Assembly: GCA_003427395.1 (NCBI GenBank)
Contig: BFEA01000008.1
Span: forward strand, 2,543,157-2,607,156
Direction of reading: 5' to 3'
DNA length: 64,000 nt
Source: Chara braunii
Taxonomy: Eukaryota > Plantae > Charophyceae
Position numbers and translations under genes: made by a program
Shown here: positions 37,900-57,189 of the stretch, piece after piece
Numbering within the stretch: the first letter of the stretch is position 1
How the letters are laid out: the number at the start of each line of letters is the position of its first letter
Notes under the pieces: model-generated
The model's input: the letters and a program-made list of their open reading frames with translations, nothing else
What the model was told of the DNA's origin: nothing
Database searches by the model: none

Positions 37900-38390
37900 A
37901 GAAGAGTTCGAGATGGAAGCAGAGCCGGCCCCACAAGGGAAAGCACTGGTAGGGCTTAGGTTCCAGATGATTATCGCTTGGATGAAGAAAAAGTGAAAGA
38001 GTTGGTAAGGGCTTGTTTTGAGGATGGGATTTTGCCTACGGATATTGACTCAGCCTCACCCAGGTGCCATGGAAGTTGATGGAAGAGAAGTCACATTTAT
38101 CTTGAATTCATAGGAGGACGAAATCAAGGTTAAATGGCTGAGGGAGAGAACAGTTACGGTCTTCTTTCGTGATGGTGCCCATTTTGTACCTAAGAAAGTG
38201 AAGGAGGATATGGTGAGAGCATATGAAGACATATGGATCAGAGATGAGGTGTTTGGACAGGAGTTCAAGCGAGGCAGAATAAAGGTGGAGAGTCCCAACG
38301 TGGTCTCCTAGTACATCCCAAGAGCGCAGGAGATTACTGAATGGATGCTGACCAAGCGGGCAGACTTCATCGATCTTGCTGGAGTCACCG
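37900..38390 (+). pseudogene. Decayed coding fragment, probably a LINE ORF1
   Basis: Protein-like reading with stops (LDEEKVKELVRACFEDG..KWLRERTVTVFF..RIKVESPNVVS); family assignment from recollection only. Confidence 0.4.
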
Positions 38391-38729
38391 ACTCACCTAT
38401 CGAACAAAATCTGTGCTGCCACGCGTTCATTGAACGCGCGTTCCGCGTTCAGTTGATGAACGCATTGAACGTGCGTTCAATGAACGCAGGTGAACGCTCT
38501 GAAGAGTCTGAACGCGAACGCGCCTCGTACATCCCAAGAGCGCAGGAGATTACTGAATGGATGCTGACCAAGCGGGCAGACTACATCGATCTTGCTGGAG
38601 TCACCTATCGAAAAAAATCTGTGTTGCCACGCGTTCATTGAACGCGCGTTCCGCGTTCAGTTGTTGAACGCATTGAACGTGCGTTCAATGGACGCAGGTG
38701 AACGCTCTGACGAGTCTGAACGTGAACGA
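38311..38729. repeat. Tandem duplication of about 210 bp spanning an ORF/transposon-end junction
   Basis: 38311-38520 is nearly identical to 38527-38729. Confidence 0.9.
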
Positions 38730-39033
38730 GCAAAACGTCAACCCTGAAGGGGAGGCCTGTCGGGGGCGTTCCGTCGGGGTAGGGGCTCCCGACAACCATC
38801 CTGAGCGTGGTCCCAGCATGGAGTGGGTGCCAAGGGACCCAGGGAAGAAAAAAAAAACAAAAAAAACAAAAAAAAAAAGAAAAAACGAAGACTGAGGGCC
38901 GCTCGAACGGCCCTCTCACGTTTTTGTTACAAAAACGCGCGGGGCCCGTTTGAGCGGCACTCGTTACAGTGCTGCTCGGCGTTCGAATGCTGGATCGGTG
39001 CGTTCATACAGCGCATACGCTGTTGAGCACGGG

Positions 39034-39108
<75 letters not shown>

Positions 39109-39627
39109 TCTAGTTCGTCGTTCGAGGTAAGTTTTACAACTTCTTATTCTTCTTTTTATTTTTCATCATCTTTTTTCTTCATCTTCTTCTTCCTCTTCTT
39201 CTTCTTCTTCATCTTTACTCTTATTCTTCTTCTTTCTTCTTCTTCTTTCTTCTTTCGTCGTTTTTTTTTTTTTTTTTCAATTCATCTTCATCTTTAATTT
39301 GTTCTTTTTCGTCTTCTTCTTCTTCTTCTTCTTCGAATATCTTCTTCTTCTTCTACTTCTTTCTAGTTCATCTCTCATTCTTCTTCGTCTTCTTTCTTCT
39401 TCTTCAAGTTCTTCTTCTTCTTTTTCTTTCTTCTTCTTCTTCTTTTTTTTCTTCTTCTTCTTCTTGTTTTTTTTGACGTTTTTTTTTCTTCTTTTTTTTA
39501 TTTTTATTTTTTTCCATTCATCTACATCTGTCTTCTTCTACTTCCTCTCCTTCCTCCTCCTCTTCTTCTTCTTCTTCTTCTTCTTCTTCTTCTTGAGAGA
39601 GAGAGAGAGAGAGACCGCCGGAGCGCG

Positions 39628-39672
<45 letters not shown>

Positions 39673-39940
39673 CCGCGGTGGACAACCGACGGAAGACGAC
39701 GGCAATAGCGACGGCTGACGACGACATCCAGTGGGAGACGACGACGACGACAAGGACGCCCGCCGACGCGGCTGCTCGGTGGCGGCTCCTCTTCTGCACG
39801 CGCGGAAATTGAACGCGCGTCGGCAGGGGGGTTGTGCCCGCTTGGTGATGCTGTTCGGTTCTTCGGAGACACCGGCAGGCCCTGGGAGTCTCTAGGGCGA
39901 GTATTGGTCAGGCCGCGAAGGACTACGACGCACGACAAAG

Positions 39941-41379
39941 ATGCCGTAACGACCATTTTGTCAAAATGGACATTTTTTATTTTTTGAACGAAATTGAAAC
40001 TGAGTTTTTTGGCCGAAAACTCGTCAAAATTTGTTGTTCCTGAGGGTCCAGCGTTTTAAAAACGCTGGACCCCTGGCTGTACATGTACCTAGCTTGAGAC
40101 CAGGCACCTCCAGGCAGGACTGCCTAAAGGTACCTGGTCTCAAGCTAGGTCCATGTACAACCAGGGGGTCCTGCGTTTTACAAACGCCGGACCCTCAGGA
40201 ACAACAAATTTTAATGAGTTTTCGGCCAAAAAACTCGGTTTCAATTTCGTTCAAAAAATAAAAGATGTCCATTTTGACGAAATGGCAGTTCCGTGAGGGC
40301 AGGCGAGGGCATTCAAGGACGCCGGGGAAGACGAAAATCACAAGGCACAGAAGAAGTGTTGTGTGTACAAGTACATCCGCGTGGGTCAGAGTCTCGGCAA
40401 GAAGTTCCGTGGGAACCGCATGTTGAAGTGTCTGTTCTGCGGCCATGAGATCCAAAGAAACCATATGTGGCGGCACGCCATTTCAGGCAGGGAAAAGGGT
40501 GTCCGTCAGTGACCGCCGAGGCGCTGGTGGACATACATTACACCTCGGACTACAAGTTGGAGGGCAAGATCCTTGACCGGATGCTTCGGTTCGAGGAGCT
40601 TCACGGTCCAGCACCTGCGATGGATCCGCGCCAGGACGAGGGAGGGGCGGGACAGGCGAGGAGGGACGAGGAGGTGGTCAACGTTGACAACATTGAGGAC
40701 GAGGGTGCACGGGCTGGGCCATCGTCGAGGGACCAAGGGAAGGGCGTTGTTCACGAGCTGAGGGGCCAGCAAGGCCGATACTTCCAGGGTGCGCACGTAT
40801 CGGCTAGCACTCAGGCGCACCGCGATGCAGAAGACGACGCGGATCCTTTGGGGAAGAGAAAGAAGAGAGAGAAAGGGGCGAGGCAGGGTGGGAAAAAGCG
40901 GATGAGACAAAACACCATCACGAAGTCCTACTCTTTGCAATGGCAGTTGGAGTTAAAGAAGAAGTTCTTGAGGTTTGTCTACAGTCAACGTTTGTCGTTC
41001 AATGTATTCCGTAGCGAGTCGTGGAAGGACTTGGTCAAACACTTCAGGGACTTGCTGGGGCCGGTGAAGGTTTTGTAGTCGTCGCACAACGAGATCGCCG
41101 ACATAGAGATGGTTGTCCGCACAGCAGACGATGTGGCAGGTAATCTCGCAGAGGTCAGGGCTCCTTTCTATGTCACGGGGGCTACCATCATGTCAGACGG
41201 CAGGAAATCACGGGATGCTAGACCGATCTTTAACTTCCTTGTCGGCGGGTCGCGCAAAGTGATGATGGTGAGGACGATGAACAAGGAGGGTGAGCGGGAC
41301 CAGGCGCCTGATGTTTTGGCACGTTGGATCAAGGTGTTCGATGACTTCCCTCCTCGGTGGGTGAATGTCATCTGCACGG
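39941..41379 (+). pseudogene. hAT-family transposase (BED-type zinc finger plus DUF659-like core), interrupted by a MITE and truncated by an insertion
   Basis: LKCLFCGH..ARHF..GC finger; FVYSQRLSFNVFRS; GATIMSDG..RPIFNFL; ends at NVICT. GAACG-rich repeats at 38400-39030 resemble a subterminal region. Confidence 0.85.
39948..40290. mobile_element. MITE inserted just after the hAT start codon
   Basis: Same TIR family as 29260-29548; flanked by CCGT on both sides. Confidence 0.88.
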
Positions 41380-44029
41380 TGCCGGAGTTGATACCTTACA
41401 AGGGTATCCGCTCATGATTTTGTGGTCGACACATCGTTGGCGTCAACAGACATGCTGAAGACGGCTAAGACGGGAAATGAGGCAAATCCCTCGGCCGCTA
41501 CGGTCGAGAAAGTTTTGACAGCACAAGCGTCGAAACACGGCACGCATGAACTAGAGTCAGTGGTTAAAATTATTTTTCGAATGCTCGCCTGCCTTGTCGT
41601 GAAGGACGCAGAGACGGTTCAATGACCCTACGCGCCGCTTTGACCCACGCAGAGACTGGAGAAGGATTAATAAATTAAATCATCGACCACCGAGGCCGAA
41701 AGGTTAGTCTAGCAAAAAGGGAGTCGCACGGAAGGCGTTCGACGGCACACTGTGTTAGTAGGTTCCGGCTAAAGCAACAAGAATGTGTTAGTTGTGAGCC
41801 TACCTTGTGGCTAGGGCAGCCGAAAGGGGGCGTATTGCCTACCATAATAAGTAGCAAAAACCATGAAAGACCTAAACTAGCATTTGATAACAGGCTGAGG
41901 GCTTGTTACACCGACGGAACCAACCTGTACCTTACTTATAGAGAGGCTGCTCCTATCTTAACTAAGTTAGGAGCTAGCCCAGTAGGTATAGGTGCGGATT
42001 GATATGTTACGGATTCGGGGATCAAGTCCATCCGACCTCTCGAGCTAGCTCCTTCCCTTTTGCGAGGAGTTAGACTTCGTCCGACCATTATTTCGGCCGT
42101 AGTCGGGGAAGTGGGATTCGAACTCATCACCTGCGGGTTAGAATCAATTGGGACTAAAAGAATAAAGTCTCTTGTCGTGGAAGGAGCCCGACAGTTGCCC
42201 GCTCAAGGCGCATTGGAGGTAAGTACGGTCGGATCCCTTTTTTTTTTTTTCTTTTTTTTTTTTCTAAATAAATCTGAATGCTACCTAAAAAGGGTAGAAG
42301 ATACACCGTTCGTGAGGAAGAGGAAAACGAGACGGGCACACACCGTAACTTACGGAAGTTACGAACGCTGGAAACGCTCCCCAACGAATCAAACAAAGGG
42401 AATAAAATAATGAATGTTCAGCTGAAACATGGACTAATGCATTAGTTTTCTGAAGAACTGGATCGACTGCACGTATGAATCCGTTTGAGTAAGGTAAGAC
42501 TCGCAACTAATACGATAATTCCATGAATTTAGTTATAGTTGGTATTATTATTGAAATAACAGGAAATGAATCTGCCCTGCATTTAGGTGCAGATTCTTCT
42601 AAACGCCCGGCATTTAGTTACTAAACTAGACTGGGTACAGCGAGGATGCGAGATTCAACCAACATGTGCTCTATAGGGAAGACCGGAACATAGAGAAGGA
42701 GGGAAAGGAGGGCACGGGCGCCAATCCAACCAAGAGATCAGACGTGCAGAAGAGAAAATACGAGCGCTAGCTTGAACAAAACCTCTTTGCGCACAAGCAC
42801 GAAGCACAGGCTAAGAACATGCGAATGCGCAAGCGCGAGTCAAAGTCGACCAGCCAGTACGCGATCAGCGCGCGTGTGTAAGTTGACGACAGCACTTGGC
42901 CGCAAAGCAAGAGCTAACAAGGGAGGTGAGCGCGGACAGCAACAGTCAGTGCAAGCAAACGCGCAAGCAGGAAGAGGCACGAGGGAGAAGCTTGCAATAA
43001 CGAACGTGCGAGGGAAGCGAGAGGGAGAAACGTGCGAGAGGAAACAGGCGCGAAGGAAGATCGTGCATAGGAGCGAGAGAGAAGACGCGAGAAAGGGGAG
43101 GTAGAAAATAGAAGAAGAGGAGGAAGAGAAGGGGAGGAAGAAGGAGGAGGAAAGTGGTATAGAAGAAGAAGAGAAAGAAGTAAGGAGCGAAGACTCACCT
43201 TTGTGCGGGGATTGCATTACGAGGCGGGCAAGAGGCGGTCTCACGATCTCTCCCTTGGCGGAAAGGAGCACGAGCTACCACGCTGAGGTAAGTTTCGACT
43301 TTCGCAGTTAACCTTGTGGAACTTCCACCAAAGGGGGGGGGGAGTGAAAACGAATGAATCTCCCACTATAACGAGGGGGGATGCACCGTCATTTACAACT
43401 GCCTCAAGCGCGTTTTCACTCCCGCTCGCCAGTGCCGATGCTCCAGTTTTATCTTCAAGGTATCTGCACCACAGCGTCGACATCACGGGTTAATATCGGG
43501 CTCGTAGTTGAGAGAGAGAGTTCTTCTTCTTCTTCTTAGTCTGCCATCCCTTTTCTCTCCCTCTAACCATCTTGCTATACCGTATCTGCAGACTAAGAGG
43601 GAGAGAGAAAGTTCTCATTGATAGGATGAGCAATGCGCTGGCCAGCGGCCAATCTCGCGGCGGGTCTCATAGTACTTCCAACGAACTAGCAGTGTATGTT
43701 TCCCTGATCTAACGGTAGGTTCTGCTCAACTATGAGAGGGTGTGTTCCAAGCTCGCGGCGCACCTCATATTGCCTTCAGCGATGGGTGAGTAAAACCGAA
43801 TGGATCTACCTCTAAACACGGAAACGTGCATTGTCACTGACGTTTGCATATGTGTGTGTGCTAAAAGGAGACGACATTATGTGATAAGAAGGGAGAGATG
43901 ACTTGAAGAAAAAGAAAACTTACGAATCAAGATTGTCCACGGTCGTCGTCTGCTGCCATGCGAAGAGAAAGCCACACTCCTACAGGCATCGGACCGGAAA
44001 AGATCGATTATATACGTTCGTTATTCCTA

Positions 44030-49580
<5,551 letters not shown>

Positions 49581-50234
49581 TNTCGGTTGCTTTTGTTAAT
49601 TTTGAAACATCACAAGTGCGGAAAGGGCCAAAGAGTAAGGAAAGAAAAGGGGCATTGGAGAGGAGAAAGACGTTGTCACTGCACGATGACNCCTGCCTCC
49701 TCCATCCTTCCCCTATCCTTGTTTTGAGTTGATCCTCTCCAAGTACCTGTCTCTTTGACTGTGATTGGATGATGGCGTGTTTTGGTAAGGCAATATTGGC
49801 CTCTGCTAACCTTAACTACCGACAATTAGTTGCATAGTCCATACATCTCCAAATACAGTGCGATTGCGGGAGCTCTGCCGGAGTTCAGAAGGGACTCTGG
49901 ATGGAGGGAACCATGAGGTACGCATGACTATCCCCTTCCCATATACCTTTACAGGCTACGCCCTTCTATTGGACTGCTTGTATGATTGCATGATATATTG
50001 CTTGTACTTTCTTAAGGACTGAGACAATCAGAAGGGAAAAAGGATATATGATTGGAATAAGAATCTTGCCTGATGAGATGGAAGGAACCTAAATTAACTA
50101 AGGAGGAACCTAGACTGTTTGGACGAGAAGAATGAAGTAGGGCAATGGAGGTTCATGTGTGAGTCGTCGTGCTACTTGGGCATGCACTGACTTGACTAAG
50201 GGTTGACAATTAGGTACTCATGTGTGAGTCACCT

Positions 50235-51055
50235 TGCTCTCTGTCTGTCCGACTGTGGTCGTGATGGGAAGGGGGTCCTAATAATAACCTATAAACTAAT
50301 CTAAGTACTCTCAACCTGATCGGCTGTCGTCGTGAGGGGACGAGGGTACAAACAACTACTTACAAACTAATCTAAGTACTATCCGCCTGATCGGCAGTCG
50401 TCGTGAGGGGACGAGGGTAGAAACGACTACTTACGAACTAATCAAAGTGCTCTCTACCAGATCGGCTGTCGTTGTGATGGGATGAGGGTAAAATAAAAGT
50501 ATTTATAAGCTAGTCTTAAGTACTCTCTACCGGATCGACTGTCGTCGTGATGGGACGAGGGTACAAACAAAATACTTATAAGCAAATTTAAGTACTCTCT
50601 ACCTGAGTGGCTCGTGAGGCGGCGAAGGTACGAACAATAACTTATGAACTAATCTAAGTACTCTCTACCTGAGCGGCTGTCGTCGTGAGGGGACGACGGT
50701 ACAAACAACTACTTATGAACTAACCTACGTACTCTCTACCGAATCGACTTTCGCCGTGATGGGAGGAGGGTACTAACGATAACTTATAAAATAAAGTAGG
50801 TACTCTTTACCGTAACGACTCTCGTCGTGTCTGGAAGGGGGTATCTAACTATAACTTATAAACTAAATAGGGGCTCTCTCTCGGATCGACTGTCGTCAAG
50901 ATGGGACGAGGGTACAAACCCAAACTTACGAACTAATATAAGTACTCTCTACCGGATCGGATGTCGTCGTGAGGGACGGTACAAGCAAAATACTTATGAA
51001 CTAAAATAGGTACTCTTTACCGAATCGACTGTCGTTGTGACGGGAAGAGGGGTCT
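50235..51055. repeat. Tandem array of about 12 units of about 71 bp, each with a hairpin
   Basis: Approximate consensus gtactctctaccggatcgactgtcgtcgtgatgggacgagggtac-aaacaa.tacttatgaactaatctaa. Confidence 0.95.
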
Positions 51056-53099
51056 GACACTTATATAATAATAAAGGGAGACTCCAAGAAGGGTCGTCCT
51101 CTTCACACGCTTGAGTCTAAGGCTGACTAACAATCTGCAAAGAGTAAGAAATCACATTTCTACTTTTCCTTTCCTAGCTTACTCACCCTCTGATAGTCCG
51201 ACCACCAAACCGATAGTAGGGAGATTTCTGTAGAAGTCACCCTATTACTTGTTTAATGGATGGACTACTCATTACCCAAGGAAAGTAGTAGAGGGGCCTC
51301 TGTTGAGGTCTGTCTATTACCTACTTGATTTTGTACTAATTTATTGAGAGGGTGATCCTGTAGGAATACCCTAAACCCTCGTCTTCTGTCTAAGATAAAA
51401 CGGTCTCAGATCGGTCAGGTTCAAAAGGGCAACAGGATAGCCTTGTTAGGATTATCCTAATGCACTCTTGAAATGAGCCTCGCCACGTGATAGTAGGGGG
51501 CTCTTGTGCGGGTCGCCTATTATTCACGCGGACCATTATTAACCCTTGGAAAGGGATTGACATCCAAATTTTTCGGGAGTATACCTAAAGGAAGTAGTAG
51601 GGTGCTTCTGGAGTAGCCTCTACTATTTGTTGTATGAAAAGGATTCTCATGTGTGAGCTATCCTGCTACTCTGACCTAGATCCTATGTATACTTTGAGTG
51701 AGACTAAGTACAGAGTCAACTACTCATGAATAACTTACTCACCTGTCTGTTTGACTTACAGAGTGCTTGGTATTGATTAAGTAGTAAGAGATTCATGTTT
51801 GAATAGGCCTACTACTTGAGTGTGTTAGCACAAATAGCAGAGAAAGGAAGGAACAATGCTCCTGTTGGAGCAAGGTTTTCACATATCAAGAGAAAGAACA
51901 AGGAAAGAAGATAGGACCATGAGAAAGAGAATACTAGTAGAAAGAGAACCATCGCGTAATCCATAGTTGTCCGTGACTTTCAGGTAGAAGACCACAATGA
52001 TGAATGAATTATATCTCATCTACACGAGTACCAGAACGGCACGCTTATCTCCAAGAGAGAGAATGAAAGTACTGAGAGTAGGGTAAACACGAGTTTCCCT
52101 AAACGACGACCTAGGACACATGCGTGAGACTTCTCGAGAGAAAGGAGATAGTGACAGACGACTCAGGGTAGGGTTGTGAGAATAGACGTTAGGAGTTAGA
52201 TATGGGATGTCGATCCAAGAGCTCAGTACCCATGTCTAAGGGCTTGACCCTTAGATAATAATATGTGGGAAATCAAGTGGGGGTGTTGAATCTTTGTTGA
52301 CCTGTGTGTGTGCAGGTCCGGACTCATTTTACTATTGCATTTCAAGAAAGAGGTTCTACGGAAAGGACCCAAATTTTCTGTTATCTCTCGATAAGAGGTC
52401 GGTTGTTACCGATTGAACTTTTCCCCTTTGACTTGATACCCACCTCTAAAGTCAAACCCTGTGATCAGTACAACTGTCATATGTGGTCATTGCGTAAATG
52501 ATCCTAGTCACTCCCAAGGGTCCTTTGAAGAAATGTGAGGGGGTTGGGCTTACGTCTAAGGAAGGATAAAGCTGTCATACACGGTTTGGGAAGTGAGGGA
52601 CAAGGTCAATGGTTGATGGTTGACTTTGTTAGTGCATGACATGTGAACTATCTATGCATTATTCTGTGCAGGTCTGTTTTTTGCGTGATTTTGGATTGAA
52701 CTGGACCTGGTCTGTTGAAGAGTCTCGGACGCACAACACTTGTGAAAGTGGGAAGGGTTCTCGGCGGTAATATTTCCATATTCATCATATGTCCAACTTA
52801 ACTATTATAATGATTCAGTTAAGTCTTAACTTGTTAAGAAAGTTAGGACGCTCTTTGGTAGAAAGAAAATTTGATTAATATTGATCGAGAGGATAATACA
52901 TTACGTAGTAGTGCAAATAGACTGCCTTATTAAAAGTTCGACCTGAATATCTAACGGGTCAATGCGTCTTACCGTGCGTACCCCATTTTATGCTACAACG
53001 ATCGAGCAAATGCCCTCGACCGACCTACCTCTACAAAGGCATGTAAAAGCCTTTGCATGTGGGCCGGTAGCAAAGTGGAATACGCAGAATATAGGATGA

Positions 53100-54410
53100 G
53101 TCTTCATCCTAGCTCTAACCTGGTCTGGAGCCCAAGTAAGGAAAAATACTTATCTGAGTGAGATTTGTACTAATAGGAACATGCAGACATTTGGACAGAG
53201 CGACTAAAAGTCAAAGGAATTGCGTTTTATGATCACATGACCATAAACTATTTTCAGAAGCTACTGCTCAAACACTTGACTCACTTTTTTAGTGATCTCA
53301 CTCACCCCTTCTCACAAGACTTTCCACCTGCGTGAGATCAAAGTCAGTTGTGCACATATGTGCTCTATATTACGAGGACATCCTAACAACCACTCGCAAA
53401 GATCCTAAGAAGACATTACGGAAAGACCTTTCTGAGGGTTGTCAACATTGGGATACCTTCACGGACAGATTACGACTTCATGTTAAAATAGACCTTGACC
53501 GCCCAGTCACCACTGATGAAGTATTGAAGCCCTTCGTGTTATGGCAAAAGGTAAGGCCCCAGGAGACGATGGTCTCCCAGTCGAACACTACATCATTATC
53601 TCGGATGTGATTAAAGACGAACTGGTGGAGCTTTACAACCAAGTTTTGTTGGGAGGGAACCTTTCTGTGAGAATAAGGAATGGGATAATATTCCTGTTGT
53701 ATAAAAAATGAGACAGAGTTGAAATTAGGAACTGACATAGCAAGAAGGTTGGGTCAGTATTTATCATAGTTGGTTGAGATTGACCAGGAGCATTCATTCG
53801 GGGTCGTACGATATTCAATAATATTGTTACAACCATCAAATCTCTGGAATTGGTATATAATGAAAATACTAACACAACAACCCTGATGCTCGATCTAGAA
53901 AATGTTTACGATCGAGTAACTTGGACATATTACGTGCTCACCACCCTGCGCCACCTCGAATTTGGAGATAATCTTTGTAATTGGGTCGCTGCGTTGTACT
54001 CCCTCTCAACTGCATCGGTTATGGTAACAAATTGGAATCCTTACGTCTTACTCGCTCTCTTCGCCAGCGATGCCTCCTGACCCCATTACTATTCGTACTC
54101 CAAATGAGGAACTTACTTTGCAACATTTGTGACCACCCGCAAATCAAAGGAATCAGCCTGGGACTCTCCAGTGTAAAGTGAAAGCCTTAGTTGATGATTT
54201 ATTTGAACTATCTGAAAACTTGACAGGCTCCATGACCGCCCTGAAAACTTGCTTGGATGAGTATCCGATACTCTCAGAAGCTTCAGTAAACTGGTCAAAA
54301 TCCATGTTTTTCCTCCTCAATGAACATACACGTGCAATAAATTGCGGGATGAAACGAATTACTTGTGAAAACTCGAAGAGATTTTTAGGGGTGCAGGTAT
54401 CACTTTTATT
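53100..54410 (+). pseudogene. Heavily decayed LINE reverse transcriptase fragment
   Basis: LDLENVYDRV, LRQRCLLTPLLF, LVDDL, VNWSKS, RFLGV motifs across frameshifts. Confidence 0.8.
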
Positions 54411-54479
54411 ATGCACTGTAGACTTGGAGGGTATCTTGTTGCAATGTGCGTTACATAAGTCGCTACATGTGGCAAGCAG

Positions 54480-57030
54480 GAAGTTGCACCCGACATTTGA
54501 AAGTTCGTCTGGGATCATGTTAATGATCTCAGGAAAGTGTTTGATCTTCTGCAGGAGCACAACCTTACGACAGGTGGCGCTAAATCCAAGCATTGCATGA
54601 GAGAGGCGACCTTTCTTGGGTTTGTGTGTAACGAGCAGGGTCGTCGTCCGGATACCAAGAAAACAAACAAAATTTTTGAGTGGCCGACACCATTCAAGAA
54701 TATAGGTTAGGTGAGCTGTTTTGTTGAACATGTGGGTTCTGGAGAATATTCAGCAATGGGCTTGCCGCTAAGATTGAACACGTGAGGAAGTTAGTGGGAA
54801 AGAACCAGGAATGAGAATGGGGAGAGAAGCAGGAACAGGTAGTAAAAGAAGAAGGAATTTGAGGAAGGAGGTTTGGTACTTGGAGTTCCGGACTACGAAG
54901 CGATCTTAGAGCGCCCCTTCATAATAGAGACTGATGTCGGACCCACTGCCTTGGGAAGAGTCTTGATACAGGTGGATCATGAGGGCAAGAAAAGACCATT
55001 ACGCCTTGAGAGTCGAACTCTCAATTCCACTGAAAGGAATTACTCCCAATTCAAGAAGGAGGCATTGACAATATTACACTGCTTACGGATCTTCAGACAT
55101 TATCTCTTTAGGAGAAGATTCATTCTAAGAGTAGATCCGACAACCCTCACGTATTTCCTTAGGAACTTCTCTCCAGCTGATCCTACAGTTGCCAGATGGC
55201 TCACCTACATCTGGATATTTGATTTTGAGTTGGAGCGCATTCCGGGGAATAAGAACAAAGCAGATGGGTTGAGAAGGATAGAATGGATACAACTTGGGGA
55301 AGCTAAGGAAGAGACGCTGTCGGTAGACAGATTATTGGAAGAGGATGACATGCCACTTCACGTTAATGCGTGGGCCTTGAGAGTCGAGGATGATGGGGTG
55401 CGAGAGGGAAGACCTATGTGGTTCGCACCCGCGACTTTTATGAAGGATGAGAGGTTGATATTAAAACCTTTCGTCGAAAAGGATCCGTTGGGAGAAAGGA
55501 ATGGGGAATAGATGACAGAGTTAGCCTTGGCAGAGAGTTACCGATTGACAAAAGAGTCGGTCACGATTGAGGCAGGAACAGGACAGGTGGATCGACATTT
55601 ATTAACGGTAGGGAGAGTGCATTACCTTGTAAAGTCCCTCCTACAAATCCGGAACGAAGAAGAAAGAAGGACGGTAAAGGCGGATAAGATAATATTGGGA
55701 GATGGCCTCGAATTTGATGAGGAGAAGGAAGGTGAGGAATTTGAGCAGGGCGAAGTCTCATAAGACTTTCGGGAAAAAGAGTACGATGGATTCAATTTGG
55801 AAATGAGACTTCTTCTCTCCGGCGACAAGCGAGAAATGGAAGTTGGTGAGAAAACTCTCCGCATGAGGCACCATTATGTGGTAAGGGGTGGTCATCTCTT
55901 CATCAGGGATAAAAGAGGACCACCTAGGAGAGTTATCTGTGGTAGGAATCGATAGATTGATGTCATAGCTGCCCTCCACGACGGGCCTGTTGGAGGTCAC
56001 AGGGGTTTTGCCGCTACTCTCAAAAAGGTAACCCTCTATTTGTGGGAAGGAATGTACGGGATGGTTAGAAAGTACTGTGAGTCACGCGTGCCGTGCCAGG
56101 TCAGATCGCCAATCAGATATAAAGAACCCCTCCACCCGAGATATATCAAGGATGTGGGGGCAGTTGTCCACTTGGATTTGTTAGCAATGCCGATAGGACT
56201 TGGTGGGTACAACTACATCTTTGATGCTAGAGACAACCTCACAGGATTTATTGATGGAAAGGTCATCCGGACCAAGACTGGGGCGGTCTTGGCTAGATGC
56301 ATCAAAAAATATTACCTCCATTATCCTTTCGTGCTGGAATTCACGATGGATAGAGGATCGGAGTTCACGTGTGGGGAGGTTAAGGAGTTATTGGATGAAC
56401 TCGGAATAATCGCCAAGTACACCACCAGGGCACATCCTCAAGCTAATGCACCGGTAGAGAGAGGGCACAGCCCCATCACAAACTTACTGGCAAAATGGAC
56501 AGCGGGGAAACCAAATTTGTGGCCTAAGTTCCTACGGACAGTATTTTTCGTCGAAAACATCACGGTCAAGAAAACCACGGGGTATGCTCCTGCGACCTTA
56601 TGGTATGGGAGACACGCCACCTTTCCAATAGAAAGCTTCCTGAAAACCTGGCGGAGACAGGACCTTGAAAACGACCTGCCACTTGAAGAGTTACTCGACA
56701 TCCGAGCCAGACAGGTCAGTGTCACAGAAGAAAGGATTCAGGAAGCACTCGAGAATGTGGCTGACAGTCGGGGAAGAGACAAGGAAAGATGGGACCGACT
56801 TCCTCGCGTACGAACTGAGTCATTGGCAGTCAGGGACGGGGTAATGTTGTATGACTCGTCCTTGGAGAAACAATAGTTAAGGAAGCTGGATAAGAGATGG
56901 TTGGGGCCGTACAAGGCGAGACGGGGAATCATGGGGCGTATGAGCTGGAGGAAATGGATGGAACGCCAAGGCGAGACGGGGTTTCTGGATCCAGGTTGAA
57001 GAAATTCAGGACAAGAGATGAGGTGAGTCA
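54480..57030 (+). pseudogene. Ty3/gypsy pol fragment (RT C-terminus, RNase H, integrase)
   Basis: TFLGFVC..RRPD; IIETD, LRVDP, NKADGL; LHDGPVGGH, VHLDLL, MDRGSEF, PVERGH; KRWLGPY. Confidence 0.92.
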
Positions 57031-57189
57031 ATAACCTAAAGATAAGTCAATTCAATCCTCCTTAAAAACCCTTGTGATTGCATCATTTGCGAACCTAATA
57101 TTGTTGTCCGCCTGCTAACACCCCGTCGCACCTGCCACTCTCCTCGTCCTTTCTGCGTACAGGCCTAATCTTGTAAAAAGGAGCAGCGA

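Noticed and set aside
38950-39956. ORFs over (GA)n and (CTT)n tracts, and similar ORFs over (ATT)n or N gaps
   Set aside because: Low-complexity or gap artefacts.
41452-41550. Additional hammerhead (ctgaaga...gaaac)
   Set aside because: Stem II does not close next to the core and there is no valid stem III with an NUH triplet.
50235-51055. CRISPR array
   Set aside because: The linkers are homologous to each other rather than unique spacers; no cas genes; eukaryotic context.
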